A DNA stretch of 64,000 nt from NCBI GenBank assembly GCA_942492975.1, contig OW818655.1, forward strand, positions 2,499,281-2,563,280, given 5' to 3'. Position 1 is the first letter of the stretch; each line of letters opens with the position of its first letter. Both the position numbers and the translations under genes were made by a program. Below are positions 28,277 to 37,478 of the stretch, in pieces. This stretch comes from an uncultured Anaerolineales bacterium. GTDB lineage: Bacteria > Chloroflexota > Anaerolineae > Anaerolineales > Villigracilaceae. Under the pieces are notes generated by a model. The model did no database searches. It was not told the origin of the DNA and saw nothing but the letters and a program-made list of their open reading frames with translations.

Positions 28277-29253
28277 TTTCGCCTCAACATTCTTCGCAGA
28301 ACCATTGTGGAGAGGATATTAAAGATCAGGATGACCACCAATAAAACAAGCGCCGCACCGAGCAGAGCCGCATCATACAACGGGATGGACATCATCTCGC
28401 CGTAATTATTTGCGATCAACGCGGGCAGCGGATAAGCCGAGTCAAATACGGAAGTGGGAACATTCGGAACGTTGCCCACCACCATCAACACCGCGATGGT
28501 TTCGCCGAGCGCACGGGATGCGCCCAACACAACGGCGGCGAGAATGCCGGGAGCCACTTGCGGCAGAACAATATTGCGAATGGTCTGCCATTGAGTGGCG
28601 CCAACCGCGAGAGATGCGTGTCTCAGATCATGCGGAACTGTGGAGAAGATTTCATAGATCACGGAAATAATGAGTGGCGAGATCATCACCGCCAGCACAA
28701 TTCCCGCAGAGAGAATGCCGAACCCTGTCGGTTGGGTGACACTGAAGATCGAAACAGAACCAAACCAACGATCAGAAAGAGGCGCGAGTACGTCATCCAC
28801 GAACGGGACGATGGCTAACAATCCCCAGACGCCATACACAACGGGAGGGATCGCCGCCAGCAGATCCAAAATGGGTTTGGCAAGTGAACGTATGCGGGAG
28901 TGGGCGTATTCGGCAAGATAAATGGAAACGAGCAAACATGCGGGCACAGAAAGGATCACGCCAACAGCAGTGACCCAAACCGTACCGAGGATGAAAGGCC
29001 AGAAACCAAACTGGCCGTTATTGGGTCGCCAGACCTCGCCAAAAAGCAGGTCGGATAATCCATACGCACTCATGATCGGCCAGGAACGGACAAGTAACGC
29101 AACCGTAACGATGAAGATCAGAATGACGGGCAGTAATGTAATAATGAAGAATGTGCGCCTTGCCGCTTGATCCTTGCGGATGCGAAGCGCGGCTGAAGGC
29201 CGGGAGTCCCGGCCTTCAGCTTGATCGTTGATAGTGGAATTAAATCGGCTCAT
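28267..29253 (-). CDS. pstC: Phosphate ABC transporter permease PstC
   Basis: Permease. ATGA overlap with pstS. Confidence 0.9.
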   Translation of the reverse strand: MSRFNSTINDQAEGRDSRPSAALRIRKDQAARRTFFIITLLPVILIFIVTVALLVRSWPIMSAYGLSDLLFGEVWRPNNGQFGFWPFILGTVWVTAVGVILSVPACLLVSIYLAEYAHSRIRSLAKPILDLLAAIPPVVYGVWGLLAIVPFVDDVLAPLSDRWFGSVSIFSVTQPTGFGILSAGIVLAVMISPLIISVIYEIFSTVPHDLRHASLAVGATQWQTIRNIVLPQVAPGILAAVVLGASRALGETIAVLMVVGNVPNVPTSVFDSAYPLPALIANNYGEMMSIPLYDAALLGAALVLLVVILIFNILSTMVLRRMLRRKWA

Positions 29254-30242
29254 TTTAATTTTGAAAGCGACTCAGCTTGCTGCTCGGGGGTGAGCGGCAC
29301 ATACCCCGCAGACTCAAGATATTGCTGGCCGTCTGTCAGGATCCATTCAATGAAAGCCAACGTCAGCCCTTCGGGCTTGCCCAACGTTGCGAGGTTCTCG
29401 AAGCGGGCGGGCGGAGATGGATACGTGCCATTTGCAACTGCGCCGAAAGCATCCTCCTTGACGGTATAAATTTCAATTTCATCAGCCTTGCCATTCTTAT
29501 CAATATCAATTGGCGGGATGATGATCCCAGGAACCAGATTGCCGCCAGAAAGATCAAAGATGCTGTTCAAGTTACCATAGCCAATTCCCAGCGGGTCTTT
29601 GATGACCGTATCCAAAATGGAAGGCTCGCCGTTCACGCCAATACCTTTGAGATCTTCCTGCGCAGCGCCGCCAGCAAACTTGGCCCACTGTTCGGCAGCC
29701 CCGGCCGCATCAGAACGGGTGAAAACATGGATCTCATCGGTGATGGCTGGGTCGCCAACCACCTGGCCCCAGGTGGTAATTTCGCCGGTGATGTAGATCT
29801 TATTGAAAATTTCCTGCGAAATACCCTTCTCAAGAATTTGCGCGGCCACCGGGTTTTCAGTGCTGACGATCGGGAAGACCGCATCCTTGGTTACCGACAC
29901 CCAGAAAATTCCCTGAGCCGTTTCTTCATCCTTGATCGTGCGCGAGATCATGCCAATGTCCACAGCACCCGCGATCGTATCGGTCATGCCTTTGCCGGCA
30001 CCGCCGCCTTGCACATCAAAAAATACATCAGGATGGATATTGGAAAATTCCTCCGCCCAAACGGTCATCATGGGATACAGGGCAAATGCGCCCGAAACAG
30101 AAATGGTGCCGCTCAATTCAGACGAAGCACCCGCTTCATTCTGGGGGACAGTTGACTCATCAGGCGCGGCAGTTCCACACGCTGAAAGTGTCACAGCCAA
30201 AACCAAAAAAGCAGACAGCCAGGGTAGTGTTCGTTTTTGCAT
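29250..30242 (-). CDS. pstS: Phosphate-binding lipoprotein PstS
   Basis: Lipobox LSAC, PBP fold, operon context. Confidence 0.9.
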   Translation of the reverse strand: MQKRTLPWLSAFLVLAVTLSACGTAAPDESTVPQNEAGASSELSGTISVSGAFALYPMMTVWAEEFSNIHPDVFFDVQGGGAGKGMTDTIAGAVDIGMISRTIKDEETAQGIFWVSVTKDAVFPIVSTENPVAAQILEKGISQEIFNKIYITGEITTWGQVVGDPAITDEIHVFTRSDAAGAAEQWAKFAGGAAQEDLKGIGVNGEPSILDTVIKDPLGIGYGNLNSIFDLSGGNLVPGIIIPPIDIDKNGKADEIEIYTVKEDAFGAVANGTYPSPPARFENLATLGKPEGLTLAFIEWILTDGQQYLESAGYVPLTPEQQAESLSKLK

Positions 30243-30303
30243 ATTTTTTCTCCGATTTGTTTTATAGAATACAAAGTCTATGGAGCAAGTATACTTTCAA
30301 GGC

Positions 30304-30332
30304 AAATAAAAATGCGTCCCCCCACCGACGCT
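30304..30332 (-). terminator. Weak hairpin terminator after Rrf2 gene
   Basis: GCGTC-GGTGGGGG-GACGC followed by ATTTTTATTT on the minus strand. Confidence 0.5.
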
Positions 30333-30340
30333 ATTTTTAT

Positions 30341-30799
30341 TTACTTGATGCCCAGTTTTTTGCGGACCGAATTCTGGCGTTTGGTTACATCCGCAAGAGA
30401 CGTATTATCCAGAATATCTGCGATCGCGTTACGTACATCGCTCATGGCAAGGCGCAGACCGCAAGTCTCTTCATCAGGGCAGCCACAAGGCTCATACGCC
30501 ATCTGGCTGACACACTTGATCGGAGCTACAGGACCATCCAGCACGCGGAAGATTTGTCCGAGGGTGATCTCTTTGGCAGACCTGGCCAGGTAATACCCGC
30601 CGCCAACGCCCATCTTGCTATGCAGCATACCCGCATTCTTGAGCGTCAGAAGGATCTGCTCAAGGAACTTGGAAGAGATCTGCTCACGCAGAGAGATCTC
30701 CTTGATCTGCATCATTTGTGGGGCATCGCTTTTTTCGGCGGGCTCCGCCAATGCGATCATTGCCCGAAGGCCATATTCACCACGTTTGGAAAGTCTCAC
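30341..30799 (-). CDS. Rrf2 family transcriptional regulator with C-terminal Cys cluster (possible Fe-S ligand set)
   Basis: (V)RLSKRGEYGLRAM N-terminus typical of Rrf2, and CVSQMAYEPCGCPDEETC. A GTG start at 30799 with upstream AGGAG is preferred over the track start 30820. Confidence 0.88.
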   Translation of the reverse strand: MRLSKRGEYGLRAMIALAEPAEKSDAPQMMQIKEISLREQISSKFLEQILLTLKNAGMLHSKMGVGGGYYLARSAKEITLGQIFRVLDGPVAPIKCVSQMAYEPCGCPDEETCGLRLAMSDVRNAIADILDNTSLADVTKRQNSVRKKLGIK

Positions 30800-30845
30800 T
30801 TTATCTATATCTCCTAGCACACCAATAGACTTTATTGACTATAAT

Positions 30846-30868
30846 CATAATTCAGCCACTGAATTATG
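30846..30868. promoter_or_regulatory. Perfect palindrome CATAATTCAG-CCA-CTGAATTATG, candidate Rrf2 operator
   Basis: 10-bp perfect inverted arms in the Rrf2/cysK divergent region, about 47-69 nt upstream of the Rrf2 start. Confidence 0.45.
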
Positions 30869-30949
30869 TCAAGGAGGTATCGGGTAAGAATAGCCTTGTT
30901 CATAGTCTCCATATATAATATGAACATGATATTGAATTGCCTCTGTACA

Positions 30950-31122
30950 CGGCGGGGTCACTAAACCACCGCCTCTTATCCAAAAGATAAACGGCTGATT
31001 GCCGCAAACGGTGGGCCTGGACCCCGCACCTTTCGTACGTCGTTCTTCGACGAATACGAGTCCCTGCCCACCGTTTGCATGCTGAAGATTTCTTCGGCAG
31101 GCAGTCAGTCGTTTTTTTTATT
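30950..31122 (+). promoter_or_regulatory. Structured 5' leader of cysK-cysE (unclassified)
   Basis: Hairpins ggcgg..ccgcc (30950-30972), ttatc-caaaa-gataa, a 76-nt rod gcaaacggtgggc...gcccaccgtttgc (31003-31078), and tgctgaag-attt-cttcggca, then a T8 run. No known riboswitch was recognised. Confidence 0.3.
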
Positions 31123-31145
31123 AAAAATATTCAAAGGAGCTTAAT

Positions 31146-32096
31146 ATGAAAATTGCAGCAAGCGTCACAGATTTGATCGGGAATACTCCATTGGTGCGCC
31201 TGAACCGCGTCACCGAGGGGGCCAAAGCGGAAGTGGTAGCCAAATTGGAATTTTTCAACCCCGCTCACAGCGTAAAAGACCGCATTGGTTTCTCCATGAT
31301 CGATGCCGCTGAAAAAGCGGGCTTGATCAACAAAGATACAACCCTCGTGGAACCCACCAGCGGCAACACCGGCATTGCACTCGCCATGGTCGCCGCAGCC
31401 CGTGGATATAAACTCATCCTGACCATGCCCGAGACCATGAGCAAGGAACGCCGCATGTTGCTGCGTGCCTACGGCGCGGAATTGGTACTGACCCCCGGCC
31501 CGGATGGCATGAACGGCGCGATCCGCAAAGCAGAAGAGATCGTGGAATCAGACCCGAAGAAATATTTCCTACCGCAACAATTCAAGAATCCCGCCAACCC
31601 TGAGATCCACCGCAAGACAACCGCAGAAGAGATCTGGCGCGATACGGACGGGAAAATTGATTTTCTTGTTTCAGGCATCGGCACAGGCGGCACGATCACC
31701 GGCATAGGTGAAGTCATCAAATCACGCAAGCCATCCTTCAAAGTGATTGCCGTGGAACCAGATGCATCTCCTGTACTTTCTGGCGGAGCAAAGGGCCCGC
31801 ACCCCATTCAGGGAATTGGCGCAGGCTTCGTGCCTGATATTCTGAACACAAAGATCTACGATGAGATCATCCGCGTCAAAAGTGAGGATGCCTTCCAAAC
31901 CGCCCGCCGCATGGCGCGCGAAGAAGGCCTGTTGGTTGGTATCTCTTCCGGTGCAGCAACCTGGGCCGCGTTGCAGGTAGCCAACCGTCCCGAGAACGCG
32001 GGCAAATTGATCGTTGTGATCATCCCTTCGTTCGGCGAGCGTTACCTGTCCACACCATTATTCGCAGACCTGGCTGAAGCACAACCCACCTTGTAA
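31146..32096 (+). CDS. cysK: Cysteine synthase A (O-acetylserine sulfhydrylase)
   Basis: PLP-Lys motif NPAHSVKDR and [10 protein letters not shown]. Confidence 0.95.
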   Translation: MKIAASVTDLIGNTPLVRLNRVTEGAKAEVVAKLEFFNPAHSVKDRIGFSMIDAAEKAGLINKDTTLVEPTSGNTGIALAMVAAARGYKLILTMPETMSKERRMLLRAYGAELVLTPGPDGMNGAIRKAEEIVESDPKKYFLPQQFKNPANPEIHRKTTAEEIWRDTDGKIDFLVSGIGTGGTITGIGEVIKSRKPSFKVIAVEPDASPVLSGGAKGPHPIQGIGAGFVPDILNTKIYDEIIRVKSEDAFQTARRMAREEGLLVGISSGAATWAALQVANRPENAGKLIVVIIPSFGERYLSTPLFADLAEAQPTL

Positions 32097-32108
32097 TCAA
32101 CAAAGAGG

Positions 32109-32144
32109 ATGAGCGCTTCGGCAAAACAAGATCGAAGCGCTCAT
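32109..32144 (+). other. Intercistronic stem-loop between cysK and cysE
   Basis: Perfect 12-bp arms atgagcgcttcg / cgaagcgctcat with a 12-nt loop and no T-run. Confidence 0.6.
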
Positions 32145-32165
32145 TTCAAACCCAAGAAGAAGAAA

Positions 32166-32861
32166 ATGTTAAATACAATTCGTAATGATGTTCAATCTGT
32201 TCTCGAACGTGACCCAGCCGCCCGTAACGCTTTTGAGGTTTTGTTATGCTACCCGGGGCTGCATGCCATTTGGGCTTATCGTTTCGCTCATAAACTTTGG
32301 AAAAGCGGATTCAAACTCCTCGCGCGCTGGGTTTCACAAACTGCCCGCAGTTTCACTGGCGTTGAAATTCACCCGGGGGCAATGATCGCAAAGAATCTTT
32401 TCATCGATCACGGCATGGGAGTTGTAATTGGTGAAACCGCCGAGATCGGTAATAATGTCACGTTGTATCACGGCGTCACATTAGGCGGCACCAGTTCTCA
32501 TAAAGTGAAACGACACCCAACTCTCGAAGATAACGTGGTGGTGGGCGCGGGCGCAAAAGTACTGGGCGCGATCACCATTGGGATGGGCAGCCGCATTGGC
32601 GCCAACGCAGTGGTTGTAAAATCCTCGCCGCCCAACGCGGTCATTGTGGGTGTACCCGGGCAGGTACTGCTTCGCAGCCATGAACACGCCCTGATCGATC
32701 TGGATCACAACCTGCTGCCCGATGCAATTGGCGACACCGTGGCATCATTGGTCATGCATGTCGAAGAACTTGAGAAAAAATTAAATGGGCATTTGCCCAG
32801 TTCACCAGCCTTGCACACGTCAGATCATGGAGTTTGGCATGGCGAAGATTTTGCAATATAA
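32166..32861 (+). CDS. cysE: Serine O-acetyltransferase
   Basis: [22 protein letters not shown] and hexapeptide repeats. Start trimmed to MLNTIRNDV by comparison with short CysE N-termini (from memory). Confidence 0.9.
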   Translation: MLNTIRNDVQSVLERDPAARNAFEVLLCYPGLHAIWAYRFAHKLWKSGFKLLARWVSQTARSFTGVEIHPGAMIAKNLFIDHGMGVVIGETAEIGNNVTLYHGVTLGGTSSHKVKRHPTLEDNVVVGAGAKVLGAITIGMGSRIGANAVVVKSSPPNAVIVGVPGQVLLRSHEHALIDLDHNLLPDAIGDTVASLVMHVEELEKKLNGHLPSSPALHTSDHGVWHGEDFAI

Positions 32862-32883
32862 GGTCATCGCGAACACTGGGCAT

Positions 32884-32923
32884 AAAAAGAGGTCGTCACT
32901 ATAAAAGTGACGACCTCTTTTTA
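32884..32923 (+). terminator. Rho-independent terminator of cysE
   Basis: agaggtcgtcac-tataaaa-gtgacgacctct followed by TTTT. Confidence 0.85.
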
Positions 32924-33071
32924 TGCTTTCCAGCAACTAAATTACGGTAGCGTGGGCTCCCTCTCTTTATTTTCAAAACCATACAACAACCCTGTTATTA
33001 ATAAGATTATAATTGTCCAAACATTTTATAGATAGTCATACGTATCGTGAACCTTAATTCTGGAGACATCA

Positions 33072-35387
33072 ATGAAAAACAAGCATTTTTATGCCGTCTT
33101 AACTTTCACAGTTATTTTTGTATTCATTACATCTTTATTCACTGTTGTAAATGTTTCAGCAGATGAAGGCACGCCTCCAGTTCCAACCGAGGAGCCTGCT
33201 CTGCCTCCCACGGAAGAACCAGCCGCTGAAACAGGATCAACTCCAACGTCCACGCCTGAAGCGGATACTCCAGTTGAGATTCTTGAATCTGCACCTGAAG
33301 GTGTGGATGTGATCGTGCTGGACGAGAACGGCGATCCCATGTCATTGGTGGTTGAGGAAGCTGCACAAATCATCATGATCGGAGACCCAATGTGGTGTCC
33401 GGATGGCGATACCCCCGGCACTGATGCTCTGGATTCTATAATTGAATGTACGCCATCTTTTGCAAGCTTTACTGATCTGATTAATGAATTAACAACAAAT
33501 ACAGCCACCTATAATGGTTCCGGAACAATTTATGTGGCTTATGATTATGATGCGACAGTTGCCGGTGATGCTGGCAGCGATATTATTTTTGATTATGGCG
33601 ATCTTGCTTTGACCAATTTAGCGGTACAAGGCGGCTGGGATTTCACCAGCGATAGTGTGTTCGGAACATCCACAATAGATCTTGGCACAGGGAATTCAGT
33701 GGAATTTTGGGATTGGGGCGGCTATGCTACGCCGGGTTCTCTCACACTTAGAGACATCATCATCACCAACAGCGATGGCTTATATATTGGCGATGATAGT
33801 GACTTTACAACAGCAGATGTTACATTGGACAATGTGGGTGTAATTGACACCACTTGGGGAACCTACATTGGCACCGAAGGGGATGTGAATATCTCGAACA
33901 GTAATTTCAATGACACACAAGCCGATGACGGGTTGGTCGTGGAAAATAGTGGAACAATCACACTCACAGATGTAATTGCCACGGGCAACAGCGGCAGCGG
34001 CGCAATTCTGGATAATAGTTGCGGCTGTGTCACTACCAATATTTTCATTAGTTCAAGTTCTTTCGACCTCAATGGCACCAGCGAATACGACAGAGGTTTG
34101 ATCGCTCATTCGAACGGCGACATCGCACTCGCCAATGTCTCTGCCAGCGGGAATAGCGGCGGCGGCGCAGAGTTGATAAACTGTTTCTTTGACTTCTACG
34201 ATTTCACGGGTTGTTTTAATACGAATCCAGCAACCATCACCATCACCGGCACAAACATTTTCAACAACAATGGCTACATTCCCCCTCAATTTTTAGGTAG
34301 TGGACCCTATGGAAGTGTCGGCTTGTGGGCTGGGTCTAACAATGGTGTTTCCATATCTGGAGTTACTGCACAAAACAATGGTGCAGGTGACATTGGTGGA
34401 GGCGCTCTCCTTTTTACTCAAGCTGGAAATTTATTCGTCACCAACAGCAACTTCAATGAAAACTGTATGGATTGTTACCTTGGCTTCGGCTTCATCGCAT
34501 TAAACCTCGGAGGTGATGTTACGTTGGACGGAGTCACAGCCAATGGCACGGGAAATCAAGCCTCTTATACACCTACCCAGGGGCTGGGTGGAATGATCTT
34601 CAACCTCAGTGGCAATACGATCGTTAAGAACAGCGATTTCAGTGAGAATTGTTCGCTTGATGGCTGTTTTGGAGCTGGACTTGGAATTCTCTCCTTTGGA
34701 GATGTCTACTTAAATCACGTTACAGCGAACAACAACGGTACCGCTATTGGCGGCGGTATGGGTGCAACCATTAATACAGGCAATAATATCGATATATATT
34801 GCAGCACATTTAACAATAATTTTGGATCTGGTCTGCTGGCTAGTGCGCCCGGTGTAATCAACTTAAACGGTGTCACCAGCAGTGGGAATAGCATCGCAGA
34901 CAGCCTAAGTTACGGTTCCCTGAACATAAATCCTTTTGACTGCGATCCTGAAGGGAAATCTCCACGGAAAGCGGGACTGCCCATCAATATCATCCCAGTA
35001 ACGGGCGGCCTCGACTGCACCGCATACAGTGGCACGCTGCTCATTCTGCCCAATGGGGATAACGCCTTGTTCCCATGCCCAATTCAGGATGAAGGCAGGA
35101 TCGAAGTTGTGACCAGCGAAGACCTGCCCGCTGACCTGCCTGAAGGGAACGAATTCATCTCATCCTTTACCACCTTCCTTTTCAAGGATGGACAGACACA
35201 GGAAATCAGTGAAGGTTTGATCACTATTTCCTTCATGATCCCTGATGGCGCAGATAAAGAAGCGCTCTCCATCCTGCACTGGAATGGCACCGAGTGGATT
35301 GATCTTGGCGGCGCGGTCAGCGAAGACGGCCTGCATTTCGAGGTTCCCACAAAACTGATCGGCACCTTCGTGCTGGTCAGCAAATAG
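33072..35387 (+). CDS. Secreted/anchored right-handed beta-helix repeat protein (paralog of 47107-49230)
   Basis: N-terminal hydrophobic signal, P/E/T linker ADEGTPPVPTEEP, GDPMWCP motif, Gly/Asn/Thr-rich beta-helix-like coils, and a conserved C-terminal module ending FVLVSK. Confidence 0.8.
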   Translation: MKNKHFYAVLTFTVIFVFITSLFTVVNVSADEGTPPVPTEEPALPPTEEPAAETGSTPTSTPEADTPVEILESAPEGVDVIVLDENGDPMSLVVEEAAQIIMIGDPMWCPDGDTPGTDALDSIIECTPSFASFTDLINELTTNTATYNGSGTIYVAYDYDATVAGDAGSDIIFDYGDLALTNLAVQGGWDFTSDSVFGTSTIDLGTGNSVEFWDWGGYATPGSLTLRDIIITNSDGLYIGDDSDFTTADVTLDNVGVIDTTWGTYIGTEGDVNISNSNFNDTQADDGLVVENSGTITLTDVIATGNSGSGAILDNSCGCVTTNIFISSSSFDLNGTSEYDRGLIAHSNGDIALANVSASGNSGGGAELINCFFDFYDFTGCFNTNPATITITGTNIFNNNGYIPPQFLGSGPYGSVGLWAGSNNGVSISGVTAQNNGAGDIGGGALLFTQAGNLFVTNSNFNENCMDCYLGFGFIALNLGGDVTLDGVTANGTGNQASYTPTQGLGGMIFNLSGNTIVKNSDFSENCSLDGCFGAGLGILSFGDVYLNHVTANNNGTAIGGGMGATINTGNNIDIYCSTFNNNFGSGLLASAPGVINLNGVTSSGNSIADSLSYGSLNINPFDCDPEGKSPRKAGLPINIIPVTGGLDCTAYSGTLLILPNGDNALFPCPIQDEGRIEVVTSEDLPADLPEGNEFISSFTTFLFKDGQTQEISEGLITISFMIPDGADKEALSILHWNGTEWIDLGGAVSEDGLHFEVPTKLIGTFVLVSK

Positions 35388-35408
35388 TTCAAGCCTGTTA
35401 CAATCTCT

Positions 35409-35439
35409 GGGATGGATGAAAATCCATCCCTATTTTTTT
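35409..35439 (+). terminator. Rho-independent terminator
   Basis: gggatggat-gaaa-atccatccc followed by TATTTTTTT. Confidence 0.85.
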
Positions 35440-35456
35440 GAACAAAGCGAGAAAAA

Positions 35457-36224
35457 ATGAAATATAAAATTTTGATATTCATCCTGATGTTTTCTCTATT
35501 GATCACTGCCTGTGGCGCAGCAGATGCAACACCAGCCACTGTAGAAACAAGCACAGAAGTTATCGCCGCCACACCAGACCTATGCTCCGCTGAAAACCTG
35601 CCTGCCGAGGTGGCCAAAGTTAATAAATTGATGCGCGAGTTTGATGATTATTCATCGCTTGCATCCAACACCCCGCAGGCACAATTGGTTGAGCTAATTC
35701 CAGAAATGCAGCGCATCTTGCGTGACGCTGAGGATCTGCAAACACCACCCTGCCTGCAAACCTTAAAACAACTTCAAATGTCCCACATGAATCTGGTCAT
35801 CCAGATATTGATGGCTTTCATGAACAACTCAGATGTAGCGGCCATTAACGCAGGTATTGCGCAATCTCGTGAACTGCACTCCCAGTACGATATTGAAATG
35901 GCGCGCCTGCTTGGCATCACATTGGTTGTTCCTCCCACAGTTCCTCCAAACGCCGCAGCCACTACAGCACCGTCAACAGCCGCAGCAGCAGCCTATGTAA
36001 CCAACCCGGGCCCCACAGGAATTAATTTACGTTCCTCACCCGCGTTGAACGCCCCCGAAGCTGGACTGTTGGATGTAAAAATTTCCGCAGTTGCAATCGG
36101 AAGATCCGCAGACTCCCAATGGATCAAGGTGGAAATTCCCAACCAGCCCGGGCAAACGGCATGGGTGTTCGCCTCCCTGGCACAACTCTCCGTGCCGATA
36201 GACCAACTGCCAGTTACAGAATAG
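35457..36224 (+). CDS. Lipoprotein with C-terminal SH3b-like domain
   Basis: Lipobox LLITAC. C-terminal TGINLRSSPALNAPEAGLLD...WIKVEIP..GQTAWVFASL resembles bacterial SH3. Confidence 0.65.
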   Translation: MKYKILIFILMFSLLITACGAADATPATVETSTEVIAATPDLCSAENLPAEVAKVNKLMREFDDYSSLASNTPQAQLVELIPEMQRILRDAEDLQTPPCLQTLKQLQMSHMNLVIQILMAFMNNSDVAAINAGIAQSRELHSQYDIEMARLLGITLVVPPTVPPNAAATTAPSTAAAAAYVTNPGPTGINLRSSPALNAPEAGLLDVKISAVAIGRSADSQWIKVEIPNQPGQTAWVFASLAQLSVPIDQLPVTE

Positions 36225-36230
36225 AATTTT

Positions 36231-36264
36231 AAAATCACTCCGAATTTTCTCGGAGTGATTTTTT
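36231..36264 (+). terminator. Rho-independent terminator
   Basis: atcactccga-attttc-tcggagtgat followed by a T-run. Confidence 0.85.
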
Positions 36265-36312
36265 ATCCCCTGCCTTATAATCACTCCATTCAAACCATCA
36301 AAAGGATTTGCA

Positions 36313-36921
36313 ATGCCAGAATTAACACCTCATCTCACGTCCCTCGCAAACGAACTTCTCGAAGCAGGCTGTATTAAGTTTGGTGAATTCACTCTCAAAT
36401 CGGGACTCAAATCCCCGATCTACATCGACTTGAGACGCATCATCTCCTACCCCGGCCTGCTCGAAAAAATCGGACAGGCTTATCTGCCCATTTTGAAAGA
36501 TCTGCAATTCACCCGCCTTGCAGGCCTGCCATACGCAGCCATCCCGATTGCCACAGCGGTTTCCTTGCAGGGAAATTATCCAATGATCTACCCGCGCAAG
36601 GAAGTGAAAACCTACGGCACAAAAGCCGAGATCGAGGGTGAGTTCAATGCAGGCGAAACCGTTGTCGTCATTGACGATCTCGCCACCACCGGCGGAAGCA
36701 AATTCGAAGCCATCGAAAAGCTGACCGCAGTTGGCCTGCTCATCAAAGATGTCGTCGTCCTCGTGGACAGGCAATCTGGCGCAAAAGAGTCACTCGAACA
36801 GGCTGGCTACTCCATGCATGCCGTGTTGACCATCACCCAGCTTTTGGATCACTGGGAAAAGACAGGCAAAGTGGCAAAAGAAAAAATAACTGAAACAAGA
36901 AAATTTCTGGCGGGGAATTAA
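36313..36921 (+). CDS. pyrE: Orotate phosphoribosyltransferase
   Basis: PRPP-binding VVVIDDLATTGGS. Length and N-terminus are typical of PyrE. Confidence 0.9.
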   Translation: MPELTPHLTSLANELLEAGCIKFGEFTLKSGLKSPIYIDLRRIISYPGLLEKIGQAYLPILKDLQFTRLAGLPYAAIPIATAVSLQGNYPMIYPRKEVKTYGTKAEIEGEFNAGETVVVIDDLATTGGSKFEAIEKLTAVGLLIKDVVVLVDRQSGAKESLEQAGYSMHAVLTITQLLDHWEKTGKVAKEKITETRKFLAGN

Positions 36922-37019
36922 AACCCAGCATGGTACGCAAATGCCCCAACATCAGTTAAACCTGAAGAAGTGGTATAACTTTAGTCTGTACACTCTTTTT
37001 TTCCCTGAAAGCGAATCCC

Positions 37020-37478
37020 ATGAAAAAATCTGAATTCGAAACAATTATCACAAAAACCTTCCGCGGTCTGGAAGGTAAACACGGTTTCAAAAAAAACGAC
37101 ACCGTTTATTCTGCAAAAGGCTGCACAGTTCAATTCCTGAACAAAACAACCGATGTCACCCTGCATTATGAAATTGGCAATGAGCCCTGGCTTTCCATTG
37201 CAGATGCAAACAACCCTGACAACAAAACCACACTCGAATGGCTGCTGGTCGAACATGGAGTTGAAAAGCCCCCCACACCCGCACAAGCCTTTGAATCCAG
37301 GCCCAAACCCGTCCACGAACTGGCCACCGTGCTTGAAAAGAAAAATCAGCAATTACTTGAACATGGCCTCGATATGATCAAGGGTGATTTTTCACTCATG
37401 CCTGCCTTGCAAAAACGCGCCAAGAAATATGCCGCCGATTGCGACCGTTACATCGCCCAACACAAAACAAAAGTATAA
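37020..37478 (+). CDS. Hypothetical protein (152 aa) inserted between pyrE and pyrD
   Basis: ORF track. The stop TAA directly abuts the pyrD ATG (TAAATG). No recognisable domain. Confidence 0.55.
   Translation: MKKSEFETIITKTFRGLEGKHGFKKNDTVYSAKGCTVQFLNKTTDVTLHYEIGNEPWLSIADANNPDNKTTLEWLLVEHGVEKPPTPAQAFESRPKPVHELATVLEKKNQQLLEHGLDMIKGDFSLMPALQKRAKKYAADCDRYIAQHKTKV

Noticed and set aside
29277-30155. 292-aa plus-strand ORF.
   Set aside because: Antisense to pstS. Arg/Gly-rich composition typical of a shadow ORF.
30871-30877. Strong AAGGAGG on the plus strand in the Rrf2/cysK intergenic region.
   Set aside because: No start codon lies at a usable distance downstream, so it is probably fortuitous.
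30940-31125. T-box or SAM (S-box) riboswitch upstream of cysK.
   Set aside because: It has a UGGA and GGUGG reminiscent of a T-box bulge and a CTTATC reminiscent of an S-box. I could not find Stem I/specifier features, the canonical T-box 14-mer or the S-box four-way junction consensus. It is reported only as an unclassified structured leader.
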